Numbered from the stretch's first letter, positions 1-9,463 are shown. The stretch: 64,000 nucleotides of DNA from Betaproteobacteria bacterium (GCA_029884335.1 JAOUIA010000002.1:34474-98473), one strand, 5' to 3'. Program-made: numbers and translations. Notes: generated from the letters alone by a model not told the origin.

Positions 1-628
1 TGTACTTCTTGTGCCGCCGGCTGCCGGCGAACAGCGTCTCCGCGAGCGGCGCCTGGCGCCGGAACGCCTCGAGATCGGGGACGCAATTCACGTGCTCGGC
101 GACCGCAAAGTAGTCGTTCGACTGCAGCGCGAGGAGCTGCCCGCGGGGAATCCTGCCGTACCAGGACGCGAAGTCGGGCAGGTGCTCGCAGGCGGTGTTG
201 ACGACGAGGTCGGGGGCCGTGCCGGGGCGCGGATCCGGATACGGGTAGTCGAGCATGTCCGCGGTGACCGCGGAGAAGCGCTGGCCGTGGCTCGCGTTCA
301 TCGACCGGGCGACTGCGGCGCAGCGCGGGTCGATGTCGACGCTGACCACGCTGTCGATCGCGAGCCGCCGGTCGGCGAGCAGGATGGCGGCGAGCACGCC
401 GAACCACCCGCCGAGGACGGTGACGGTGCCGAAGCGCCCGCCGCCGGCGCCGGCCAGCGCGTCGGCCAGCCACAGCTTCGAGGTGATCTGGTTGCGGTTG
501 AGCGCGCCCCCGAGGTCCGGCTCCGCGAAGCGCGACGCGGTGGCCAGGACGTCGGCCACGAACGGGCTCGCGAAGTAGACGGCGAGGCCTTCGAGGATGT
601 CGCGGTAGCGTTCTTCGGCGTCGTGCAT
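1..628 (-). CDS. Class I SAM-dependent methyltransferase (partial; runs off the left edge)
   Basis: Not in the ORF track; translated by hand from ATG 628: MHDAEERYRDILEG...NQITSKLWL...VTVLGGWFG...VSVDIDP...VVNTACEHL...LQSNDYF...EHVNC...KKY. Has a Gly-rich SAM motif and the acidic DID motif. Confidence 0.8.
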   Translation of the reverse strand, partial: MHDAEERYRDILEGLAVYFASPFVADVLATASRFAEPDLGGALNRNQITSKLWLADALAGAGGGRFGTVTVLGGWFGVLAAILLADRRLAIDSVVSVDIDPRCAAVARSMNASHGQRFSAVTADMLDYPYPDPRPGTAPDLVVNTACEHLPDFASWYGRIPRGQLLALQSNDYFAVAEHVNCVPDLEAFRRQAPLAETLFAGSRRHKKY

Positions 629-783
629 CGGGCGGCGGCCCGGGGGCGAGGCCCGCGCAGCATAGCAGGCGCCCCGCATGACCGGGCCGCTTTCGCCGGT
701 CCCGCGCTTGCCGTATCCTGTGGCGCGTGGCCGGCGTGCCCCGGGTGGGGGCGCCGCTCGCCCATCCCATGGGATCGCCGGCA

Positions 784-1266
784 ATGAATGTCGACGACGA
801 AGCTGCGGTTCTCTCGCGCGTGCCGACGTTCGCCAAGTGCGACCCGGCGCGGCTCAAGCTGCTCGCGTTCACGAGCCGCGCGCTGCGCTTCGCGCCCGGC
901 GAGGTCATCATTCGTGCCGGCGAGCCCTCCGACAGCACGCTGCTGATCCTCGAGGGCACCGTCGAGTTCGTCGGCGAGACCACCGGCGGCGAATTCATCA
1001 TCAACACCGCCGGCGCGCACCAGATGATCGGCGAGATGGGCGTGATCATGAACGTGCCGCGCACGCTGATGGTCCGCGCGCGCGACGACGTCCGCGTGCT
1101 GCGCATCTCCGCGCAGGTGTTCCTGAAGCTCCTGTCCGAGAACCCCGAGGTGGCGCTGGACATGATGCGCACGCTGTGCGAGCGGCTGCACGCCACCACG
1201 CAGCGCCTGACGAAGACGCAGGCCGCGCTGGTCGACGCCGGCGCTGCGGCTCGCGGCACTCCCTGA
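784..1266 (+). CDS. Stand-alone cyclic nucleotide-binding (cNMP/Crp N-terminal-like) protein
   Basis: LSRVPTFA, GEVIIRAGE, ILEGTVE, IGEMGVI..PRTLMVRA phosphate-binding cassette; no HTH. Start re-called to ATG 784. Confidence 0.88.
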   Translation: MNVDDEAAVLSRVPTFAKCDPARLKLLAFTSRALRFAPGEVIIRAGEPSDSTLLILEGTVEFVGETTGGEFIINTAGAHQMIGEMGVIMNVPRTLMVRARDDVRVLRISAQVFLKLLSENPEVALDMMRTLCERLHATTQRLTKTQAALVDAGAAARGTP

Positions 1267-1270
1267 CCGG

Positions 1271-1954
1271 ATGCAGCCCGACGCGCCGGCCGGTCACCCG
1301 GGGAGGTTGAGGCGCGCCAACGCCGAGCGGTTCGCCGCAGCCTGGGAGCGCAACCACGCGGGGCCCGCCGCGCGGCCTGCGGCGCCGGTGTTCGGCGAGA
1401 TCGCCGCGCACTACGGTGCGCCCGAGCGCACCTACCACACGCTGGGCCACGTCGACGACTGCCTCGCACGGCTGGACGCCGTCGCCGCGCTGGTCGGGGA
1501 CCGCAACGCGATCGAGATCGCCATCTGGTTCCACGACGTCATCTGCGACTCGGGCGCGCCTGACAACGAGGCGCGCAGCGCGCGCTGGTACCTCGAGCGC
1601 TCGGCGGGCGCGGCACCGCGCTTCCGGCTCGCCGTGTGCCGGATGATCCTCGCTTCGCGGCACGCCGAGCCGGCGGTCCGGCTCGACGCCCGCTACATGG
1701 TGGACATCGACCTCGCCGGCTTCGGCCACCCGTGGCTCGAGTTCCGCCGCACGACCGATCTCGTGCGCGGCGAGTTCCCGCACAAGTCCGACGCCGAGTT
1801 CGCGCGCGGGCTGGCGCCGTTCATGCGCTCGCTGGTGGCGCGCGAATCGCTCTACGCGACCGACTTCTTCCGCGAGCGCTGCGAGGCGACCGCGCGCCGC
1901 AACGTCGCCCAGCTCATCGCCGAGTGGCGCGACGCGGGCTACCTGGAGCGGTGA
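1271..1954 (+). CDS. HD-superfamily predicted metal-dependent phosphohydrolase (COG4339-like)
   Basis: RTYHTLGH, IWFHD, DNEARSA, ILASRH and DIDL motifs. Confidence 0.8.
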   Translation: MQPDAPAGHPGRLRRANAERFAAAWERNHAGPAARPAAPVFGEIAAHYGAPERTYHTLGHVDDCLARLDAVAALVGDRNAIEIAIWFHDVICDSGAPDNEARSARWYLERSAGAAPRFRLAVCRMILASRHAEPAVRLDARYMVDIDLAGFGHPWLEFRRTTDLVRGEFPHKSDAEFARGLAPFMRSLVARESLYATDFFRERCEATARRNVAQLIAEWRDAGYLER

Positions 1955-2052
1955 GCCGGTAGTTCGCCTCGCAAACCGGCCGGTTTGCCCCCGGGCATTG
2001 TTGCCCCGGCGCGGCCGGGTTGCGATGGCGCGCGGAACCAGGCGCACGTCCT

Positions 2053-2136
2053 GGTGCCCCGTACCGGAAGTCCCTCGCGCGAGCGGAGGCGGTTGCTGCG
2101 CTGCGATAGGGCAAGGAACTCCCGGTGCGGGACACT
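2053..2136. mobile_element. Short (84 bp) internally deleted copy of the MITE at 44568-44758
   Basis: Degenerate inverted ends ggtgccccgtaccggaagt / gcaaggaactcccggtgcgggacact; the last ~60 bp nearly match 44699-44758. Confidence 0.75.
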
Positions 2137-3487
2137 AGCGGCCCGCTGCCCCTGACCCCAGCGCGTAGACGGGCGTGGGCCGGCTGCGCCCGCGCAACTG
2201 CACCTCGCCGATGGCGTCGAACGCGAAGTCCGCGGGTCCGGCCGCGGCCCGCGTGGCCTCGGAGACGATGATCCGCGTGCCGTACGTCTTGTTGAGCGCC
2301 TCCAGGCGCGCGGCCAGGTTCACCTCGTCGCCGATCACCGTGTAGAGCAGGCGGTCGGGGGTCCCCAGCAGCCCGCACACCATCGGGCCGGTGTTGACGC
2401 CGATGCGCACGGCCAGCCGCGCGCCGGGGCCGAACGCGCGCGAGCCGGTCAGCGCGAGGATGTCGAGCGCGGCCTCGACCGCGGCGGCGGCGTGGCGGGG
2501 ACAGGGGCGCGGCGCGTTGAACGTGGCCACGACCGCGTCGCCGAGGAACTGGTTGATCACGCCGTCACGCGCGGCGATCAGCGGCGCGGCGGCGGCGTAG
2601 AAGTCGTTCAGCGTGCCGACCACGTCCTCGGGCGGCATCTTCTCGCTCATCGCAGTGAAGCCCTCGATGTCGAGGAAGAGCACGGTGGCCTCGGTCGTCC
2701 GGCCCTCGCCGGCGGCGAACGACGTCTCGGCCGTGCGCGCGAGCTCGGCGACCTCGCTCGGAACGAAGCGCGCGAGCTCGCGGTTGCTCGCCGTCTCCAC
2801 GGCGGCGTACTCGACGAGCCGCGCTGTGCGCCGGCTCGCCAGCGCCAGCACGCCGGCGAACATCAGGATCGCGAGCACCTTGTCGACCTCCGCGCCGATC
2901 AGCACGCTGTTCGACGTGAGGTAGGCGACGTAGTCGCGCGTGATCATCGGGTCCGCCGGGTCGACCCTGACCACGTACACGACCAGCGCGACCCAGCCCA
3001 GCGCCGCGGCGATCCCCGCGGTGGCGATGTAGCGCGCCTCGAAGTTGAACGCGCGCAGCGCGATGAGCACGAACACCCACATCAGCGTGGGCGACTTGAG
3101 CGAGAACGACGCGGGCTGCGCGTACTGGATGTGGTAGCTGAAGATCAGCCCGATCAGCAGCGCGATGTCGACGGCGATCGACAGGTAGACGACGCCGCGC
3201 GTGAGCCGGCGCGTCCAGGCCAGCGCGAGACGGAGCAGCGTGAACGCGCCGTAGGCGCCCAGCACCCAGGGCACGGGAGCGAACGGGGCGTCGGCGCCGA
3301 ACTTCTTCGGGGCGAGCCCGTAGAGGACCGCGAGGCCCGCGATGAACGCGAGCTGCAGCACGCCGACCAGGATCTCGGCGCGCTCCTCCTCGGCGCGGAC
3401 GTGCTCGCGCACGCGCTGCGGCAGCCGCGGCGCCGTGGTGGCGAAAATCTGCAGAGGGTGGACGCGCCGGGGGAGGATTGGGGGCAT
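2135..3487 (-). CDS. Membrane-bound class III adenylate/guanylate cyclase
   Basis: About 6 hydrophobic segments, then FLDIEGFT, NQFLGD, RIGVNTG and YTVIGDEVNLAARLE. Start re-called to ATG 3487 (MPPILPRR). Confidence 0.9.
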   Translation of the reverse strand: MPPILPRRVHPLQIFATTAPRLPQRVREHVRAEEERAEILVGVLQLAFIAGLAVLYGLAPKKFGADAPFAPVPWVLGAYGAFTLLRLALAWTRRLTRGVVYLSIAVDIALLIGLIFSYHIQYAQPASFSLKSPTLMWVFVLIALRAFNFEARYIATAGIAAALGWVALVVYVVRVDPADPMITRDYVAYLTSNSVLIGAEVDKVLAILMFAGVLALASRRTARLVEYAAVETASNRELARFVPSEVAELARTAETSFAAGEGRTTEATVLFLDIEGFTAMSEKMPPEDVVGTLNDFYAAAAPLIAARDGVINQFLGDAVVATFNAPRPCPRHAAAAVEAALDILALTGSRAFGPGARLAVRIGVNTGPMVCGLLGTPDRLLYTVIGDEVNLAARLEALNKTYGTRIIVSEATRAAAGPADFAFDAIGEVQLRGRSRPTPVYALGSGAAGR

Positions 3488-3570
3488 GGCGGTTCCTTCA
3501 CGGGACGCCCGCCGGCGCGCGGCCGATCGGCGCCCCTGCGCTGATTGCGTCGGAGTTGCCGGGTCCGACC

Positions 3571-4164
3571 TTACGCCGTGCCGGCGGCGAGCGCGACGTT
3601 CCACGCGCGCACCCGCAGCCCCGCGCCGGCGTCGACGTCGAAGAGGTGGAGGGTGCCCGGACGCAGCTTGACGGGCGAGCGCCCGATCGCGTTCCAGCCG
3701 GTCAGGTGCGCGACGAGGACGTTCAGCACGCCCTTGTGCGTGACGGCCACGACCGGTCCCGGCCGGACGGCGATGCGGCCGATCCAGCGCAGCACGCGTT
3801 GCTGCGCTTCGCGCATGCTCTCGCCGCGCGGTGGGCGAAAGTCCAGGCCTCGAGCCTCGGCGGCGGCAAACGCCTCGGCGTGATGCTCGCGCAGGCTCGC
3901 GAAAGTCTCGCCTTCCCACGCTCCCCAGTCCATCTCGATCAGGTCCGGCGCGATCGCCGGCTCGCGGCCGGCGACGATGCGCGCGGTTTCGACCGCGCGG
4001 GCAAGGGGGCTGGACACGAGTTCGGCCGCCGCGAACTCGGGCGGCAGCCGCCAGGCGGCGACTTGCTCGCGGCCGGCGGGCGACAGCGCGACGTCTGCGC
4101 GGCCCTGCAGTCGCCGCGCCTCGTTCCACGGCGTCGCGCCGTGGCGCAGCAGCGCGACGATCAA
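3571..4164 (-). CDS. Histidine phosphatase (phosphoglycerate mutase family)
   Basis: LLRHG, SSPLARA, EMDWGAWEG, PPRGES and VTHKG motifs. TTG start overlaps the upstream TGA (TTGA). Confidence 0.88.
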   Translation of the reverse strand: MIVALLRHGATPWNEARRLQGRADVALSPAGREQVAAWRLPPEFAAAELVSSPLARAVETARIVAGREPAIAPDLIEMDWGAWEGETFASLREHHAEAFAAAEARGLDFRPPRGESMREAQQRVLRWIGRIAVRPGPVVAVTHKGVLNVLVAHLTGWNAIGRSPVKLRPGTLHLFDVDAGAGLRVRAWNVALAAGTA

Positions 4165-5306
4165 GGCGAGCTCCGGCGCGATGCGAGCACCCGCGCGAAC
4201 AGCGCGTCGAGCGCAGCCGCAGCGGAAGCGACGTCGTGACGCTCCCGCGCGTTTTGCGCCGCCGCCTCCCCCAACGCGCGCCGTCGCGCGGGGTCGTCGA
4301 GCAGCGCGCCGACCGCGTCGGCAAACGCCGTCGCATCGCCCGCCTCCACGAGCACGCCCGTAGCGCCGTCGACGATCATCGCCGAGCTGCCCGGCCGGCG
4401 TCCCGCGACCACCGGAACCCCGCACGCCTGCGCCTCGAGCATCGCGAGCCCCAGGACCTCGGCGACCGCCGGCCAGACGAACAGGTCGGCCGTGCGCAGC
4501 AGCGCGGCGACGGCGTGCGAAGGCTGCAATCCGACGAAGCGCACCCGCCGCGCAGGGAACGACGCGAACGCGGCTTCCACTTCGGCGCGTGCCGCGCCGT
4601 CGCCGACCACGACGAGGTGCCAGGACCGCTCGCCCAGCCGCGCGAGCGCGGTCGCCAGCAGCCGATAGCTCGCGAGCTTGTCGCCGGGCCGCATCATCGC
4701 GACGGTGGCAAGCCGCGGCCCGTCGGCTGTACCCGCAAGACCCTCCGCGAGCGCGGCAGCCTCGCGGCCCGCGGCGACGAAGCGCGCGACGTCGATGAAC
4801 GGCGGCAACGCGACGAGCGGCGTGGAAGGGTCGCGGATCGCGTCGACCATCGCCGCGTCCGCGGGGTTGATGCACACGACCGCGTCGGCCGCGCGAATCG
4901 CGGTTTCGACGGCCCCGTGGCCGCCGGCCCACCGGCCGCCCGCCTGCTTCGGGGCGAACGAGGCCTCCGCGACGACGTACGGAATGCGCAGCGCCTGGCT
5001 CACGATCGGCCCGATCGCGTCGGGCGCCTTGTGATACAGGTGGTACGTGAACCACAGCTGCGGCGCGCGCGACGGCTCGCGCTGCCAGCGCCGGATCAGC
5101 CGCAGCGCGAGTCCGGCGCCGACTGTCGCGAGGCGCGCCTGCCGCTTCGCGTCGCCGCGGCCTTCGAACGCCCGCAGCCGCGAGGCGACTTCGACTTCGT
5201 GCCCGGCCGCGCGCAGCGCGTCGACGAAGAGCCGCGCAAGCAGCCGGTCGCCCGAGGGCACCGGGTGGTCGGGCGGCTTGAGCGGCGCGTAGAACGCGAT
5301 GCGCAT
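4161..5306 (-). CDS. Glycosyltransferase family 4
   Basis: MRIAFYAPLKPPDHP N-terminus; DLFVWPAVAEVLGLAMLEAQACGVPVV GT-B motif. Confidence 0.9.
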   Translation of the reverse strand: MRIAFYAPLKPPDHPVPSGDRLLARLFVDALRAAGHEVEVASRLRAFEGRGDAKRQARLATVGAGLALRLIRRWQREPSRAPQLWFTYHLYHKAPDAIGPIVSQALRIPYVVAEASFAPKQAGGRWAGGHGAVETAIRAADAVVCINPADAAMVDAIRDPSTPLVALPPFIDVARFVAAGREAAALAEGLAGTADGPRLATVAMMRPGDKLASYRLLATALARLGERSWHLVVVGDGAARAEVEAAFASFPARRVRFVGLQPSHAVAALLRTADLFVWPAVAEVLGLAMLEAQACGVPVVAGRRPGSSAMIVDGATGVLVEAGDATAFADAVGALLDDPARRRALGEAAAQNARERHDVASAAAALDALFARVLASRRSSP

Positions 5307-5354
5307 CGGCTAGCGGCGTTCCACCGGGCGGGGGGCGTCGAGCTCTCCCGCCTT

Positions 5355-5459
5355 GTCATTCCCGCGCAGGCGGGAATCCGGCGTCTTTGCGACGCAACGA
5401 CGCCGGGTCCCCGCCCCCCGACCGCAATCCCCGGGGGCAGGCTGCGCGGAGACGACGAC
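5355..5459. repeat. CGTC-type REP inverted doublet; right unit carries a 27-bp insertion
   Basis: gtcattcccgcgcaggcgggaatcc ... gggtccccgcc[27 bp]tgcgcggagacgac; same family as at 26556, 45599 and 51361. Confidence 0.75.
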
Positions 5460-5494
5460 AGCGAGTCCGTGAACGGCCGGATTCCGCCGGACGT

Positions 5495-6760
5495 TCACCG
5501 GGCAACACCGGCGAGCAACCCGGCGTGGAAACGCTCGACCAGCCGGTCGATGCCGCGCTCGACGTCGAACGCGGTTCGCGTCCGCTCGCAACCCGCGTCG
5601 CCGAGCCGCTGCCTCAGCGCCGGGTCCGCGATCAGCGCGGCCAGCGCGCCGGCGAGCGCGTCGACGTCGCGCGGCTGCACCAGCAGGCCGGTGCGACCGT
5701 CCTCGATCAGCTCGGGGATGCCGGAGACCGCCGTCGCGACGCAGGGCAGCCGCTGGCTTTGCGCCTCCATCAGCACGTTGGGCAGCCCGTCGCGGTCGCC
5801 GTCGGCGGCGATGCGCGAGGGAAGCGCGAACACGTCCGCTGCGCGATAGCGCGCGAGCACCAGCGGCTGCGCCAGTGGACCGTGCCAGACGACGCGCTGC
5901 GCGATGCGAAGCGCAGCGGCCTGTGCCCTGAGCGCCGGCAGGAGCGGCCCGCCGCCGACGTGCTCGAAGCGCCAGTCGAGCGCTGCCGGCAGCCGCGCGA
6001 GCGCGGCCAGGAGGTCGTCGAAGCCCTTCTTCTCCACCGCGCGCCCCACGGACAGCACCACCACGGGGGCGCCCGCGCGGCGCGCCGGGGGCGGCGACGG
6101 AAAGCGCCGCGCGTCGAGCCCGTGGTAGACGAGCTCGACGCGCGCGGGATCCGCGGCCAGCGAGCGCAGGTGCTCGGCGTTCGCGCGCGTGCACGTCGCT
6201 GCCCAGGCGCAGGAGGCGAGCTTCTCGCGCTTCTCCCAATCCGGCGTGGTCCAGATGTCCTTCGCGTGCGCCGAGACGCTCCAGGGCAGCCCGCGCATCA
6301 GCGCCGCGTAGCGCGCGACCGAGGCGGGGGTGTGCAGGAAGTGCGCGTGCAGGTGGCCGATGTCCGCGGGCAGCTCGGCGGCGAGCACGAGCGCCTGGCC
6401 GAAACGGCGCACCCGGTTGCGCGTGCGGTCGCGGGCGAAGTCGGCGCGGAAGGCGGCGAGCGCCGTCCCGTAGCCGGGCAGGCGCCGGGCCGAGGCCCAC
6501 GCCCGCAGCACGCGGCCGGGCGCTTCGTGCAGGTACTCGGGAAGGTAGTCGACCGGCGCGGCGATCTCGTCGTGCACCGGGTGCGCCGAGGCGTCGGTGG
6601 GTCGCCGCAGCGAGTACAGCGCGAGGACGAGGCCCCTGCGCTCCAGCGCGGCCAGCTCCTGCGCGACGAAGGTCTCCGACAGCCGCGGGTAGCCCTTCAG
6701 CACGACGCCGATGCGCGGCGTCCGCGCGGCGCGAACATTCCCTCGGGAAGCGTCGTTCAT
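5495..6760 (-). CDS. Glycosyltransferase family 4
   Basis: VLKGYPRLSETFV, HLHAHFLHTP, VGRAVEKKG and DRDGLPNVLMEA motifs. Start re-called to ATG 6760. Confidence 0.9.
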   Translation of the reverse strand: MNDASRGNVRAARTPRIGVVLKGYPRLSETFVAQELAALERRGLVLALYSLRRPTDASAHPVHDEIAAPVDYLPEYLHEAPGRVLRAWASARRLPGYGTALAAFRADFARDRTRNRVRRFGQALVLAAELPADIGHLHAHFLHTPASVARYAALMRGLPWSVSAHAKDIWTTPDWEKREKLASCAWAATCTRANAEHLRSLAADPARVELVYHGLDARRFPSPPPARRAGAPVVVLSVGRAVEKKGFDDLLAALARLPAALDWRFEHVGGGPLLPALRAQAAALRIAQRVVWHGPLAQPLVLARYRAADVFALPSRIAADGDRDGLPNVLMEAQSQRLPCVATAVSGIPELIEDGRTGLLVQPRDVDALAGALAALIADPALRQRLGDAGCERTRTAFDVERGIDRLVERFHAGLLAGVAR

Positions 6761-6847
6761 CGGGGTGCCGATGGTAGCATTGCGCGACGGGCGCCAATGC
6801 CCTGATCGCGGGCGCCGCTCGCGGTCGGCCGCGGAGGGGACGTCGGG

Positions 6848-9463
6848 TTGGAGCGCTCGCTGTTCCGCTACATCTGGAAGCACACCTGGCGCGACCAGCT
6901 GTGGCTGCTCGCGGTCACGATCGCGAGCTTCCCGCTCGTCTACGTCAACCTCGAGGTGCCGAAGCGCATCGTCAACGACGCGATCGGCGGCAAGCACCTC
7001 CCGCAGTCGCTGTTCGGCTTCGAGATCACGCAGGTCGGGTACCTGATGGTGCTCTCGTTCGCGCTGCTCGCGCTGATCACGATCAACGGCGCGATCAAGT
7101 ACTGGCTCAACGTCTACCGCGGCATCGTCGGCGAGCGGATGGTGCGGCGCATGCGCTACCAGCTCTACGGCGCGCTGATGCGCTTCCCGCTGCCGCACTT
7201 CCGGCGCACCTCGCCCGGCGAGATCATCCCGATGGTCACCGCCGAGACCGACCCGATCGGCGGCTTCATCGGCGAGTCGATCGCCTCCCCGGCGTTCCAG
7301 GCGGGGCTGCTGCTGACGTACATGACGTTCATCTTCATGCAGAACTTCTGGCTGGGGCTCGCGGCCATCGCGCTGTACCCGCCGCAGGCCTGGCTGATCC
7401 CGAAGCTGCAGCGCAAGATCAACAAGCTCGCCAAGCGCCGCATCCAGACGACGCGAGAGTTCTCCGACCGCATCGGCGACGTCGTCGGCGGCGCCACCGA
7501 GATCCGCGCCAACAACGCGGCGCGCTTCGAGCTCGCCGACGCTTCGGCGCGGCTCGGCACGATCTACGCGATCCGCGTCGACATCTACAAGCGCAAGTTC
7601 TTCGTCAAGTTCCTCAACAACTTCCTCGCGCAGGTCACGCCGTTCTTCTTCTACGCGATAGGGGGCTACTTCGCGATCCAGGGGCAGCTCTCGGTGGGCG
7701 CCCTGGTCGCGGTGGTGGCGGCGTACAAGGACATCATCGACCCCTGGAAGGAGCTGCTCAAGTGGTACGAGACGAAGGAGGACGTGCGCGTCAAGTACGA
7801 GCAGATCGTCTCGCAGTTCGAGCCCGAGGGCATGCTGCCCGAGTCGATGGTCGCCGAGGCGCCGCACCCGCTGCCGCGGCTCGACGCGCCGCTGGTCGCG
7901 CAGAACGTCGGCTACGACGGCGAGGGCGCCGCCGTCGTCGAGCCGTTCAGCGTCGAGGTGCGGCCCGGCGAGAGGGTGGCGATCGTCGGCGCGGGCGAGT
8001 GCGGCAAGGGCGAGGTCGCGCAGGTTCTCGCGCGGCTGGTGATGCCGACGTCCGGCCGGCTCGCCGCGGGAGGGCTGTCGCTCTCCGACGCGCCGCTGGC
8101 GCTCGTCGGCACCCGCATCGGCTTCGCCTGCCGCAACGCCCACGTGTTCTCGGGCACGCTGATGCACAACCTGCTCTACGGCCTGAAGCACCGGCCGGTG
8201 AAGGAAGCCCACTACGACGGCGCTGCGGCGGCCGAGGAGGCGCAGCGCCGGCGCGAGGCGCAGCAGTCCGGCAACTCGACGGACGACGTCAACGCGACGT
8301 GGGTCGACGTCGCGACGGCCGGCGTCGCCGACGCGGAAGCGCATGCGCTCGACGTGCTGCGCGTGTTGAAGATGGACGGCGAGCTGCTGGCGTTCGGCCT
8401 CGCCAGTCGCGGCGGGGATCCGGATTCGAAGCTCGCCGCGCTCGCGCTCGAGGCGCGCGCGCGGCTGCGCGACAAGGTGCGCAGCCCGGAGCTCGCGACG
8501 CTGGTCGAATTGTTCGACCGCGAGCGCTACTTCGAGAACGCGAGCGTGGCCGAGAACCTGCTGTTCGGCACGCCGACCGACCCGGCGTTCGCGCCTGAGC
8601 GGCTGGCGACGAACGCCGAGGTGCGCAAGCTGCTCGTCGACACCGGGCTCGCCGCGGACCTCGAGCAGGCCGGCATCCGCGTGGCACGGCTGATGGTCGA
8701 GCTGTTCGCCGACGAACCGCCGGACAGCCCGCTGTTCGCCGAGTACAGCTTCATCTCGCCGGAGGACCTGGGCGACGTGCGCAACCTCTTGCGCCGCCTC
8801 GACGAGCGCGGGCGCGCGCTGTCGGCCGACGAGCGCACGATGATGCTCGCGCTCCCGCTCAAGATCGTCGCCACGCGGCACCGGCTCGACTTCCCCGAGG
8901 CGGCGATGCGCGGCCGGATCGTGGAGGCGCGCAAGGAGTTCCAGCGCCGCTTCGCCGATCGCGGCGCGGTCGCCTTCCTCGACCCGGACGGCTTCTCGCC
9001 GGCGCTGTCGATCCGCGACAACATCCTGTTCGGGCGTCCCGTCTACGAGCAGGCGCGCGCGCAGGAGCGCCTCACCGAGCTGGTGCGCGAGGTCGCGCTC
9101 GAGGTCGGCATGGAGATGCCGCTGATCCGCCGCGGCCTCGAGTTCGACGTGGGCCCGAGCGGCGGGCGGCTCGCCTACCAGCAGCGGCAGCGCCTCGCGC
9201 TCGCGCGCGCGATGGTCAAGAACCCGGACATCCTCGTCCTCGACGAGCCGACCTCGGGGCTCGACCCGGCGCTGGAGCGCGACGTGATCCAGCGCGTGCT
9301 CGAGTGGGCCGGGCCGCGCACGGTGGTGTGGGTGCTCGGGCAGCCGGCGCTCGCGCAGTACTTCGCGCGCGTGCTGGTGTTCGAGCGCGGGCGGCTGGTC
9401 GAGGACGGCCCGTTCGACGCGCTGGCAGGCGGCGGCAAGTGCCTGCCCGGGCTCCTCGCCTGA
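6848..9463 (+). CDS. Fused ABC transporter transmembrane + degenerate ATP-binding protein with a large NBD insertion
   Basis: ABC_membrane-like N-terminal half; Walker A-like GAGECGKG, signature LAYQQ, Walker B ILVLDEPT. Confidence 0.85.
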   Translation: MERSLFRYIWKHTWRDQLWLLAVTIASFPLVYVNLEVPKRIVNDAIGGKHLPQSLFGFEITQVGYLMVLSFALLALITINGAIKYWLNVYRGIVGERMVRRMRYQLYGALMRFPLPHFRRTSPGEIIPMVTAETDPIGGFIGESIASPAFQAGLLLTYMTFIFMQNFWLGLAAIALYPPQAWLIPKLQRKINKLAKRRIQTTREFSDRIGDVVGGATEIRANNAARFELADASARLGTIYAIRVDIYKRKFFVKFLNNFLAQVTPFFFYAIGGYFAIQGQLSVGALVAVVAAYKDIIDPWKELLKWYETKEDVRVKYEQIVSQFEPEGMLPESMVAEAPHPLPRLDAPLVAQNVGYDGEGAAVVEPFSVEVRPGERVAIVGAGECGKGEVAQVLARLVMPTSGRLAAGGLSLSDAPLALVGTRIGFACRNAHVFSGTLMHNLLYGLKHRPVKEAHYDGAAAAEEAQRRREAQQSGNSTDDVNATWVDVATAGVADAEAHALDVLRVLKMDGELLAFGLASRGGDPDSKLAALALEARARLRDKVRSPELATLVELFDRERYFENASVAENLLFGTPTDPAFAPERLATNAEVRKLLVDTGLAADLEQAGIRVARLMVELFADEPPDSPLFAEYSFISPEDLGDVRNLLRRLDERGRALSADERTMMLALPLKIVATRHRLDFPEAAMRGRIVEARKEFQRRFADRGAVAFLDPDGFSPALSIRDNILFGRPVYEQARAQERLTELVREVALEVGMEMPLIRRGLEFDVGPSGGRLAYQQRQRLALARAMVKNPDILVLDEPTSGLDPALERDVIQRVLEWAGPRTVVWVLGQPALAQYFARVLVFERGRLVEDGPFDALAGGGKCLPGLLA

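Noticed and set aside
1971-1988. Perfect 18-bp palindrome gcaaaccggccggtttgc as an operator
   Set aside because: It lies downstream of two convergent genes, not in a promoter, and is a single copy; at most a terminator-like stem.
784-3487. Pycsar/CBASS-type antiphage system
   Set aside because: The cNMP-binding protein has no TIR or TM effector, the cyclase is a multi-TM signalling type, and the genes are convergent rather than an operonic pair.
5495-8881. Giant ORF-track products as real fusions (also 2135-4336, 3571-5055, 11667-14495, 37830-39980, 58454-60988 and 61160-63139)
   Set aside because: The N-terminal extensions are shadow frames of neighbouring genes; the real starts have SD sites or stop/start overlaps downstream.
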